DNA from: Candidatus Nanoarchaeia archaeon
Lineage (GTDB): Archaea; Nanobdellota; Nanobdellia; Woesearchaeales; JANQNC01
Direction: 5' to 3'
Length of the DNA stretch: 32,000 bases
Assembly (NCBI GenBank): GCA_028279745.1
Contig: JANQNC010000001.1
Location: forward strand, 270,001-302,000
Below are positions 24,587 to 32,000 of the stretch, piece after piece (positions within the stretch are counted from its first letter, which is position 1; each line of letters starts with the position of its first letter). A program made the translations under genes and the position numbers. The notes beneath the pieces are model-generated. The model saw only the letters and a list, made by a program, of their open reading frames with translations, did not search any database and had not been told where the DNA came from.

Positions 24587-25849
24587 ATGAATAAGATACA
24601 CTTTATGACACAAGGATGTTCAGCAAACCAAGCAGACACAGAGATAATGGCAGGATTGCTGATGGAAAATGACTACCTAATCGTTGAAGATCTGAATGAT
24701 GCAGAGTTGGTCGTGTTTAACACATGCACTGTTAAAGGCCCCACAGAATCAAATTTTAAGAAGAAATTAAAAGAGTTGGATAGACTTGGAAAGAAAATAG
24801 TGATTGCAGGATGTATCCCGCAAGCAGAAAAAGATGCAGATGTTGTTAAACAGTATTCTTGTATAGGGCCTAGAGAAGTAGATAAGATAGTTGAAGTTGT
24901 TGAAAACACACTTGAAGGGCAAGTTGTTTCCAAACTAGGCGATTCTGGTGAGAGCAGATTAAACTTACCTAAGAGAAGGAAAAACAGATTGATTGAGATA
25001 GTTCCAATCGCTCAAGGCTGTTTAGGTTCATGCAACTATTGTAAAACGAAGCAAGCCAGAGGAAATCTAGTCTCGGTTCCGATAAAGGAGATCATCAGAC
25101 ATGTAACTTGTGCCGTTAGCGAGGGCGCAAAAGAGATATGGTTGACATCACAAGACAACGGGTGTTATGGATATGATCTAAAAACAAACATAGTTGAATT
25201 ACTGAAAGAAGTTGTAAAAATTAAAGGAAATTTCAAAGTAAGAGTTGGGATGGCAAATCCTAATTCCATTCTAGACTTTCTGGAGGATCTAATTGAAATT
25301 ATGAAGGATGATAAAGTTTACAAATTTATTCACATACCCTTACAAGCAGGAAGCAATAAAGTCCTAAAAGATATGAACAGACAATATGGTGTTGAAGACT
25401 TTGTGTATATTGTTCACAAACTAAGAAAAGAGATTCCTGAAATAACAATACTGACAGACATAATATGCGGATATCCAACAGAATCAAAAGAAGACTTTGA
25501 AGAAACAATAAGAGTGATAAAAGAAACAAAACCAGACCTAATGAACATATCAAGGTTCTGGCCGCGACCAAAAACAAAAGCAGCAAAACTAAAACCTGTT
25601 CCAACCAACGAGCTAAAAAGAAGAACAAGAGAGACAACTACCTTGTTTCATAAAATTGCCAAGGAAATAAACAATTCTTGGATCGGTTGGGAAGGTAAAG
25701 TATTGATTATACAACATGGAAAAAATAATACCTCGGTTGGAATGAATTCTTCGTATAAACAAGTCGTTTTGAAAGAAAGGATATCTTTAGGAACTGAGAG
25801 AAATGTCAAAATAAACAATTCTAAAGAATTCTATTTAGAAGGAATATAA
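24587..25849 (+). CDS. tRNA methylthiotransferase, archaeal/eukaryotic MtaB (CDKAL1-like) type
   Basis: UPF0004 N-domain (IHFMTQGCSANQADTEIMAGLL ... VFNTCTVK), radical SAM motif AQGCLGSCNYCKTK and a C-terminal TRAM-like region. Confidence 0.88.
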   Translation: MNKIHFMTQGCSANQADTEIMAGLLMENDYLIVEDLNDAELVVFNTCTVKGPTESNFKKKLKELDRLGKKIVIAGCIPQAEKDADVVKQYSCIGPREVDKIVEVVENTLEGQVVSKLGDSGESRLNLPKRRKNRLIEIVPIAQGCLGSCNYCKTKQARGNLVSVPIKEIIRHVTCAVSEGAKEIWLTSQDNGCYGYDLKTNIVELLKEVVKIKGNFKVRVGMANPNSILDFLEDLIEIMKDDKVYKFIHIPLQAGSNKVLKDMNRQYGVEDFVYIVHKLRKEIPEITILTDIICGYPTESKEDFEETIRVIKETKPDLMNISRFWPRPKTKAAKLKPVPTNELKRRTRETTTLFHKIAKEINNSWIGWEGKVLIIQHGKNNTSVGMNSSYKQVVLKERISLGTERNVKINNSKEFYLEGI

Positions 25850-26835
25850 TCTGGCATACCCACACCATTAAACATGGTCTTCTCATAACCCTCTTGCTTG
25901 TATCTCTCGAAATCCTTATTCCCAAACAGACCCCACTTAGTCCTGTAAAGAGAGGAGAAAAGTTGAACCTTTGTGATCTTAACAGGGTTATGAGTGAAAA
26001 CTTGAGGATTACCCTCTAACTTATCCAGAGTTTTCATAGCTAAAACTGCAGGAAGATAACAAAACTTCCTATAACCTTCTAACTTTTTTGGAATCTTCTG
26101 TATGTAACTAAAAGTTGGTTCGATCTCTTCTGCTGCGCTGTCAACCATCCTAGCCAACATTTCCAGATTACCCTTAGGATTTGCAAGAACTGAACCCACA
26201 CTTTGACCTCTAAATAGTTTGCTAGGCCAGAAACTTCTGCCTTCACACGCATCCTTGTAAAAATCCTTGATTATGTTCACTTTCTGCAAGAATCTTCCAA
26301 AACTAACAGCTTCATCATTGTCAAACTCATGAAACTTGTCTTTTACACCAACCAAGTCAGTCAAGTATCTTCCAACTGTGCCAGCAACATAATAACAGTA
26401 ATCGTTCAAATCAGAAAAATTCACAACCTTTTTCTCAACATATTTACTCATACCTTTACACATCTCATCCAACCAAAAAAGAGAGAGATCTTTAGTCTTA
26501 GAATCAAATGAGTTGAATACACTAGCTACAGAACCTATGTGCTCTAATAAAACTTTATCATGATCATTTATTGTCTTTTGATGAACTTCCAAAACCAAAG
26601 CATATAATCTTGGCTTGTCTTCGCTTCTCAAAAAAGTCACAAAGTCTCTAAGCATGGACTGTTTGTCATTAACAGAATGGTTAGAATCTTCAATAGTGTC
26701 AGCAACCCTATCAAACAGATACTGGTTTTGGACTTCCTCTCTTTTGTTCTCATCAAGAAGAGGTATGTTTAATGCAAACGTCCTAGACGTCTTATCCAAA
26801 AGCATCTGCGAAGTCTTTTTAGCGTTCTCTAACAT
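25831..26835 (-). CDS. Squalene synthase-like prenyl-diphosphate head-to-head condensing enzyme (SQS_PSY family)
   Basis: KTSRTFALNIPLL, the first Asp-rich motif ADTIED, YCYYVAGTVGRYLTDL, and FLQKVNIIKDFYKDACEGRSFWP. The last resembles the eukaryotic SQS block NIIRDYLED..GR.FWP. I see no C-terminal TM helix. Confidence 0.8.
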   Translation of the reverse strand: MLENAKKTSQMLLDKTSRTFALNIPLLDENKREEVQNQYLFDRVADTIEDSNHSVNDKQSMLRDFVTFLRSEDKPRLYALVLEVHQKTINDHDKVLLEHIGSVASVFNSFDSKTKDLSLFWLDEMCKGMSKYVEKKVVNFSDLNDYCYYVAGTVGRYLTDLVGVKDKFHEFDNDEAVSFGRFLQKVNIIKDFYKDACEGRSFWPSKLFRGQSVGSVLANPKGNLEMLARMVDSAAEEIEPTFSYIQKIPKKLEGYRKFCYLPAVLAMKTLDKLEGNPQVFTHNPVKITKVQLFSSLYRTKWGLFGNKDFERYKQEGYEKTMFNGVGMPDYIPSK

Positions 26836-26849
26836 AAGTATAAGGGGTT

Positions 26850-26872
26850 CTAACTTTTTTTATAAAAGTTAG
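26850..26872. promoter_or_regulatory. Perfect 9-bp inverted repeat around a TATA-like core, between udg and the SQS-like gene
   Basis: CTAACTTTT-tttat-AAAAGTTAG. The arms are 26850-26858 and 26864-26872. It sits in the 45-nt gap between the udg stop and the SQS-like start. Confidence 0.4.
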
Positions 26873-26880
26873 CCATTCAT

Positions 26881-27471
26881 TTATAAAAGAAAATCTTTAA
26901 TCTTTAAGAAGTCTTTTTCTAGATCTTCCTTCCAAGCTCTACGATAAATTACTGCAGCAGGATGATACAAAGGCATCACCTTAAAGCTTAAACCATCAAC
27001 TTGAACATCTACTGGATCACCATGCAAAGAACTGATCCCTTGAATCTTTTTCATACCATCAACATCAAACTTAGCAAGAACAAACTTAGTGGAAAAATTA
27101 CCCAACGTGCAAATCAGCTTAGGTTTAATAATCTTGATCTGCTCAATCAAATAAGGAGTATGACTTCTGATCTCATCAGTCTTTGGATCTCTATTTTCAG
27201 GAGGTCTGTACTTCAGAATGTTTGCAATGTAAACATCATCCAAAGATAAACCGATAGAGTGCAACAATTCATCTAGCTGTTGTCCTGCTTTACCAACAAA
27301 AGGTATACCTTGCAGGTCTTCCTGCGCTCCAGGAGCCTCGCCAATAAATAAAATATCTGCGTCAGGATTTCCTTTACCAAAAACTAAGTTAGTTGCTGCA
27401 TCCTTAAGAGGACATTCAAGATTATCAACAATCTTTTGTTTTAAAATATCTAGTTCTTCTTGTTTTGACAT
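26881..27471 (-). CDS. udg: Uracil-DNA glycosylase, family 4 type
   Basis: Motif A is LFIGEAPGAQEDLQGIPFVGKAGQQL and motif B is LYHPAAVIY. There are only two cysteines in the whole protein (see findings). Confidence 0.85.
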   Translation of the reverse strand: MSKQEELDILKQKIVDNLECPLKDAATNLVFGKGNPDADILFIGEAPGAQEDLQGIPFVGKAGQQLDELLHSIGLSLDDVYIANILKYRPPENRDPKTDEIRSHTPYLIEQIKIIKPKLICTLGNFSTKFVLAKFDVDGMKKIQGISSLHGDPVDVQVDGLSFKVMPLYHPAAVIYRRAWKEDLEKDFLKIKDFLL

Positions 27472-27474
27472 TTT

Positions 27475-28521
27475 CTATAACGCAACGTTCTTCCTTAACC
27501 AAGCACCTATAAAAGTCTTTGTAAAAATAAAAGGGAAACTCTTGATTATCTTGCTCCCAAAAGATCTTCCTTCATATCTGTCTTCAGAAAAACTTTCAGG
27601 GTAAGTATATGTGTAAATGTCCCTTCTTTCACAATCATACTTCTTCTTGAAAAAAGAATGGCTTGAGCCAGGCTTTGATCTGCCAAAGTCTATTTTTAGG
27701 CATCCTGTATTGATGGCTCTTTTGATCTGTTCAACAAACAAAATGTCTGTTGATGTTTTCTTCATATACTCCTTATCAGAACCTAACTGATGAAGTAAAA
27801 GCTCACCATTAAATGAAAGGCTAGTCATTGAAGCAATCGGATTTTCTTTAAGCATAGAGTTTGTGTAAAATAATCTTGTCTTAAGATGCTTGTCAACATT
27901 AACGTAAAACTTTTTAGGAAATGTTGGGCTTCCAAGCTTAGCGTCTTTTGCAGAGATAAGCTTGTAAATCACTTCAGGATTTTTTTGATTCTTTACTTCG
28001 ACACCAAACCTGACAGACCGATTGTATTCAGTTCTAACGCCTGAATCTTTTGTGAAACTGTTCCACACATCATCGAAACTTTTGTCTTTTAAACTTATGA
28101 AAAAGCTGTACGCTTCTAACTCTTTATTAAATCCGGTTTCTCCATAGTCCGCGTCTGAAGGTAATGATCTTATTTTAACATACTTTACCTTTTTTTCATC
28201 GACAAATGATTTGTACACCTTGAATAGATCTTTGTAAGCTTCTTTGTATCCTTCTTTTATGAAAGGCCCCCCATATTCAAAGAAAGGCATCGACACTATC
28301 GCTTTTTTGAAAAATTCCTTAACAATAAATGCAGGACAGACACCCACAATCTCCTTATCTTCAGTTTTAACAACATAATATGCTGGCTTAAACCCAAAAG
28401 TTTCCTCCATTATCTTTTTCCACTCAACCGTATGGAAAATTGTAAGTTCTTTATTTGCATTTACGAACTCATTCCACTCCCTAGAATCAGATTCTTTAAA
28501 TTCTTCAATAAAATATCTCAT
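27475..28521 (-). CDS. FemAB-fold / GNAT (Acetyltransf_6-like) protein
   Basis: The N-terminus SREWNEFVNANKELTIFHTVEWKKIMEETFGFKPAYYVV, IVSMPFFEYGGPF, and the two-lobed length (348 aa) resemble FemX/FemAB-related proteins of EPS loci. The ATG overlaps the stop of the phosphoglycosyl transferase gene (ATGA, 28518-28521). Confidence 0.6.
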   Translation of the reverse strand: MRYFIEEFKESDSREWNEFVNANKELTIFHTVEWKKIMEETFGFKPAYYVVKTEDKEIVGVCPAFIVKEFFKKAIVSMPFFEYGGPFIKEGYKEAYKDLFKVYKSFVDEKKVKYVKIRSLPSDADYGETGFNKELEAYSFFISLKDKSFDDVWNSFTKDSGVRTEYNRSVRFGVEVKNQKNPEVIYKLISAKDAKLGSPTFPKKFYVNVDKHLKTRLFYTNSMLKENPIASMTSLSFNGELLLHQLGSDKEYMKKTSTDILFVEQIKRAINTGCLKIDFGRSKPGSSHSFFKKKYDCERRDIYTYTYPESFSEDRYEGRSFGSKIIKSFPFIFTKTFIGAWLRKNVAL

Positions 28522-29825
28522 TTTTTAAAGTTTCTCAGAATTTTTCCAACAGTACTCCACGCAATATTAATATCAAGAAGCAAAGATTGATTCTTGACAT
28601 AGTATAGATCATACATAGCCTTTCTTTGTGGATCTAAAGAACAACTATCCTTAACTTGAGCAAGACCTGTCATACCTGGTTTAACATCAAGTCGTCTATC
28701 CCAATCTTCAACTTCCTTACTGAACTTATTTGAAAAGAAAGGTCTTTCAGGTCTTGGGCCAACAAAGCCCATGTCTCCCTTAAGAACATTCAACAGTTGT
28801 GGAAGTTCATCAAGATGTGTTTTTCTTAGAATATTCCCTATAAAGGTTATCCTACTATCTCCACTATTAACACTTAATAAAACAGGTCCTGTTTTCTTTT
28901 CAGCATCATCCACCATTGTTCTAAACTTGTATAAAGTGAACTCCTTCCCACCTTTTCCAACTCTTTTTTGTTTGAACAGAATATCGCCTTTTGAGGTTAT
29001 CTTAACAAGAGCTGAAATCGCTGCAAAAAACGGAAGAGACATAACCAGACCAGTAAAAGCCACAGGCACCTCAAAGAATCGTTTCATCTTAATGTACCTG
29101 GAGTCTATAGGGAAAAGATTAAGATCGATCAAAGGCGCACCCATATTTTGCAGGTTAGTGTGCCCCGTTAAGATCTCATAAAAATCAGGAACAATTTTTA
29201 CATTTGTCTTGCAATCCATCACGCTGTCAAGAACATGCTTATTGTCTTTTAGGGATAATGCTATTATAATCTCATGAACTCCTTTCGTTGAAACAATTGA
29301 AGAAATATCTTCGGTCTTACCTATAACTTTATGATCCCCCACACTGCCAGTTACAGAATCATCGACAAACCCCACAATATTAGAATTGTAATGCAAGTCT
29401 TTCACAACTTTCCTGCCCTGATTTCCAGCACCAACTATAAGGACGTTTAAGGGAATATTTGCATTAATCAAAACCCTAAAACCGCTAAGCAACAGTATAT
29501 TTGCAAACCAAGATAAAGCTAAAACTGTTCTTGGCGCAAAGTTCTCTACAAAGAAAGTCACGATTATGATAAGCACATAAGTCAAGGTCATACTCTTGAA
29601 AATCTTATAGATAATATCTGGGTTTGATAATCTCTTATCCCTCCTATAAATCCCTGCAAAATATAAACAACCAACACCCAAAACTGAAACCAATCCGATA
29701 AGTTTTATGGGGTTCTGAGGCGCATAATCTCCAAAACGGATGACAATAGATAACAGAAGAACCAAATTTATAAGCAATAAATCTATGAATCCTTGTAACA
29801 ATGTTCTAAACTTAACTATTTTCAA
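28518..29825 (-). CDS. Polyprenyl-phosphate glycosylphosphotransferase (Bac_transf family, WbaP/EpsB-like initiating enzyme)
   Basis: C-terminal domain FKQKRVGKGGKEFTLYKFRTM, DELPQLLNVLKGDMGFVGPRPERP and KPGMTGLAQV. N-terminal TM helices and a Rossmann-like VLIVGAGNQGRKVVKDL are present. The listed start is TTG (29823-29825) and there is no nearby in-frame ATG. Confidence 0.9.
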   Translation of the reverse strand: MKIVKFRTLLQGFIDLLLINLVLLLSIVIRFGDYAPQNPIKLIGLVSVLGVGCLYFAGIYRRDKRLSNPDIIYKIFKSMTLTYVLIIIVTFFVENFAPRTVLALSWFANILLLSGFRVLINANIPLNVLIVGAGNQGRKVVKDLHYNSNIVGFVDDSVTGSVGDHKVIGKTEDISSIVSTKGVHEIIIALSLKDNKHVLDSVMDCKTNVKIVPDFYEILTGHTNLQNMGAPLIDLNLFPIDSRYIKMKRFFEVPVAFTGLVMSLPFFAAISALVKITSKGDILFKQKRVGKGGKEFTLYKFRTMVDDAEKKTGPVLLSVNSGDSRITFIGNILRKTHLDELPQLLNVLKGDMGFVGPRPERPFFSNKFSKEVEDWDRRLDVKPGMTGLAQVKDSCSLDPQRKAMYDLYYVKNQSLLLDINIAWSTVGKILRNFKK

Positions 29826-29889
29826 ACACCCCTATATGATTAAACATAAACTCTGAAATCCCTTTATATATTTTTCCTAAAATACTATT

Positions 29890-30855
29890 CTAAACCTTGA
29901 TTTTTACTGACTTAATCGTAAGTAAATTAACTCCTCCAACCAAAACAGCCAAAATACGCACTGCACGATTCAACAATACAATCTGTAATGCAACCAACGG
30001 ACTTACACCAAACAAGACCAGGATTGAGCTAAGACTTAATTCGGTTATACCTATACCCCCAACAGTTAAAGGCAACCAGTTAAGGATGTATATTAAAGGA
30101 AGCACAAATAGCAAAGAGAAAAAAGGCAATAACTCACCAACCGACAGACCTAAAGTGAACAGCATCAATGTTGCTATGAAAGCACTTAAAATATCTATCA
30201 AACCCAATATAACTAAGTCTAATCTGTTAAACTTATTGGTGCTCAAATCTATCTCCCCAACTAATTTTTGTAATCTGACCCAGTTCTTAAAACGCACCTT
30301 AAGAAAGTTTATTATTACTTTTCTATTAATCGAAAGAAGCACAAAAAAAGCCAACATAACTACAAACATAAACACAAATAATACATAGTTTATCTGAAAA
30401 TTAAACCCCCTGCTTAGTACCACTAAAATACCTGTTGCTGCAAGAGAAAAAGTTATCATCAGTCCAACAATCAAGTCTATAGATATTGCTGCTGCAGACC
30501 TCAAAACTTTAATGCCAAGAAAACTTTTCATAACATAAAACCTATACAAAGAACCCATCTGGGACGGCAAAGTCTCAGACACAAAAAAAGAGGACAGAAT
30601 AACCCTAAACGAGGAAATCTTTCCAACTTTGAACCCGACCAACTTCAAAACCCGTTTGAATATCAATGATTTTGCAAACAAATATACCATAAAAAAAACA
30701 AATGCTAAAAAAACCAGTAAAAAATTTGCTTCAAATAAAGAAGGGATCAACTTGTCTAAATCCTGTTTGGAAAACAAGAAAATTGTGCCTATAAGCAACA
30801 GCAAACCTATAACATACAAGTGAATATACTTCTTTAGCTTGACAAGTAACTTCAT
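29890..30855 (-). CDS. Integral membrane protein, LPG_synthase_TM / UPF0104 (flippase-like) family
   Basis: About eight hydrophobic helices by eye. The N-terminus KKYIHLYVIGLLLLIGTIFLF...ANFLLVFLAFVFFMVYLFAKSLIFKRVL is typical of UPF0104 proteins. Confidence 0.55.
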   Translation of the reverse strand: MKLLVKLKKYIHLYVIGLLLLIGTIFLFSKQDLDKLIPSLFEANFLLVFLAFVFFMVYLFAKSLIFKRVLKLVGFKVGKISSFRVILSSFFVSETLPSQMGSLYRFYVMKSFLGIKVLRSAAAISIDLIVGLMITFSLAATGILVVLSRGFNFQINYVLFVFMFVVMLAFFVLLSINRKVIINFLKVRFKNWVRLQKLVGEIDLSTNKFNRLDLVILGLIDILSAFIATLMLFTLGLSVGELLPFFSLLFVLPLIYILNWLPLTVGGIGITELSLSSILVLFGVSPLVALQIVLLNRAVRILAVLVGGVNLLTIKSVKIKV

Positions 30856-30871
30856 GTTACATATAGTTAGT

Positions 30872-30886
30872 CGATATATTAAAAAG
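30872..30886 (-). promoter_or_regulatory. TATA-box-like element for the UPF0104/PGT/FemAB-like operon
   Basis: The minus strand reads CTTTTTAATATATCG, centred about 24 nt upstream of ATG 30855. This suggests a leaderless or near-leaderless transcript. Confidence 0.35.
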
Positions 30887-30891
30887 CTTTC

Positions 30892-31761
30892 TCATTCAAG
30901 ACTATCAAGCAATGGAGAAATGTCAATACTTTCAATATCCTGTTTAGCGACAGAGGACTTGTCCCCTATTTTTAACTCGTCACTATATGTTGGCTTATCT
31001 TCCTTATAGAATATACCCGTAGCAACTTTGCCATCGTATATATCATGCTCCAATAAAAAATTGAGTACATTAGATCTGTTTGTTGTGTCAAATTTCTCAT
31101 CAGCAACATCATATAATATATCTTTGTAGAAATCAAATGATTTATCTTTTCTCCAAGACACACAAGGCTGTAATACTTCGATAACCGCAACACCATGATG
31201 ATTAATTCCTTTCTTGATCAATTCTGTAAGCTGTGGGATGTTACCAGCGTAACCTCTCGCAACAAATGTGCTTCCTGCAGTTACAGCAACCGCCAAAGGA
31301 TTAAATGGGATCTCAATTGATCCATGAGGTGTTGTTGGTGAAACATACCCTTTTTCAGTTGTCGGAGAGTACTGAGATTTAGTCAACGCATAAATTTGAT
31401 TATTGTGGATTATGTAACAAAGGTTAACATTCCTTCTTAATGTATGTAAGAAATGAGCTGAACCTATACTGCAAGCATCACCATCGCCTGCACACACAAC
31501 AACATTTAAGTCTGGGTTTGCTAACTTAACACCTGTCGCAACAGGCAACGCTCTTCCATGAATACTTTCAAAACCATAAGTCTTAATGTAATGAGGTATT
31601 TTACTATTACACCCAATACCTGAGACAACAACTGTGTCTTTAGGGTCTAGGTTAAGTTGAGCAAACGCTTTCTGAATGCTCATCAAAATACCAAAATTGC
31701 CGCAACCTGGACACCAAGTGTTGGTGTGAGTTGGTTCTTGAAAGTCTTTTATATCTGCCAT
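30892..31761 (-). CDS. 2-oxoacid:ferredoxin oxidoreductase, beta (TPP-binding) subunit
   Basis: WCPGCGNFG, GIGCNS, the TPP motif GDGDACSIG and IHNNQIYALT. The substrate cannot be assigned from sequence. Confidence 0.9.
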   Translation of the reverse strand: MADIKDFQEPTHTNTWCPGCGNFGILMSIQKAFAQLNLDPKDTVVVSGIGCNSKIPHYIKTYGFESIHGRALPVATGVKLANPDLNVVVCAGDGDACSIGSAHFLHTLRRNVNLCYIIHNNQIYALTKSQYSPTTEKGYVSPTTPHGSIEIPFNPLAVAVTAGSTFVARGYAGNIPQLTELIKKGINHHGVAVIEVLQPCVSWRKDKSFDFYKDILYDVADEKFDTTNRSNVLNFLLEHDIYDGKVATGIFYKEDKPTYSDELKIGDKSSVAKQDIESIDISPLLDSLE

Positions 31762-31762
31762 T

Positions 31763-32000
31763 TTACTTGTTTAACAATTTTCTTACTTGTTCAACCACAT
31801 CTTCAGGATAGATAGGCCTTGAATCATACTTGCCGTAAAAGTTTTCTAATAAAATTCCTGTGTTCTCTCTAATCACTCCTCTTAGCTGGCCGCTCTTGTT
31901 ATGTTCTAAAATCAATATAGGTTTATCGTTGTCAAGTATATCCCCAAACTGCTGTGTGGGAAATGGAAGTACATACTTTACCTGTATGATTCTCGCCTTT
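31763..32000 (-). CDS. 2-oxoacid:ferredoxin oxidoreductase, alpha subunit (C-terminal fragment; gene continues beyond the window)
   Basis: My minus-strand translation from stop TAA (31763-31765) gives ...KARIIQVKYVLPFPTQQFGDILDNDKPILILEHNKSGQLRGVIRENTGILLENFYGKYDSRPIYPEDVVEQVRKLLNK*. The L.PFP and E.N..GQL blocks are typical of alpha-subunit C-termini. A 1-nt gap separates it from the beta-subunit start. Confidence 0.75.
   Translation of the reverse strand, partial: KARIIQVKYVLPFPTQQFGDILDNDKPILILEHNKSGQLRGVIRENTGILLENFYGKYDSRPIYPEDVVEQVRKLLNK

Noticed and set aside
29897-30388. 163-aa plus-strand ORF antisense to the UPF0104 membrane protein gene
   Set aside because: It is the Lys/Asn/Thr-rich mirror image of a hydrophobic coding region. 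It has no promoter or SD and no motif.
1-32000. Search for CRISPR arrays, tandem or direct DNA repeats, tRNA/rRNA-like GC-rich islands, transposases, integrases and inteins
   Set aside because: I saw only homopolymer A/T runs and short AT-rich palindromes by eye. There are no spaced direct repeats, no GC-rich structured segment in any intergenic gap, and no recombinase-like ORF. RtcB and IscS have normal, uninterrupted lengths. A computational repeat or ncRNA scan could still find things I missed.

Overview
AT-rich, almost gap-free 32-kb chromosomal segment with 37 protein-coding genes. By eye I found no rRNA, tRNA, CRISPR array, transposase or integrase. The housekeeping genes look archaeal: Taw1 (wyosine radical-SAM enzyme), archaeal/eukaryotic-type MtaB, archease plus RtcB, a two-subunit 2-oxoacid:ferredoxin oxidoreductase, and a eukaryote-like squalene synthase. 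TATA-like boxes sit about 25-50 nt upstream of operon starts, and GGTGA/GGAGG Shine-Dalgarno sites are present. Packing is extreme, with many ATGA start/stop overlaps and convergent genes that share stop codons or overlap by 19 nt. This suggests a small-genome lineage, possibly DPANN-like, but that is inference only. Layout: (i) 2-13561, a Wzx/Wzy/Wzz-type polysaccharide island with six glycosyltransferases, a CelD-like FemAB-fold acyltransferase, a NodB deacetylase, two sugar-nucleotide redox enzymes and an antisense Cys-rich YkgJ-like gene. (ii) 13738-17665, an AlkD-like DNA glycosylase, a small acidic protein, an internally duplicated unknown protein, a VOC-DUF362-[2Fe-2S] ferredoxin operon and a SAM methyltransferase. 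(iii) 17700-19697, an Fe-S assembly operon: ferredoxin, DUF1858, IscS, IscU. The ferredoxin is a 59-codon ORF missing from the supplied track. (iv) 19869-25849, tRNA maturation genes (O-methyltransferase, archease, RtcB, Taw1, MtaB) with a lone GT4 in the middle. (v) 25831-27471, squalene synthase and a family-4 UDG that appears to lack its Fe-S cysteines. (vi) 27475-30855, a second glycan module: a UPF0104 membrane protein, a WbaP-like initiating phosphoglycosyl transferase and an ATGA-coupled FemAB-fold protein. (vii) 30892-32000, OFOR beta subunit and a partial alpha subunit. The best candidates for something new are a bacterial-style, possibly amino-acid/acyl-decorated polymer pathway in an archaeal background, the VOC-DUF362-ferredoxin operon, the duplicated His-rich helical protein, and the DUF1858/ferredoxin-extended IscSU operon. 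All family calls come from motif recognition by eye. No searches were run.
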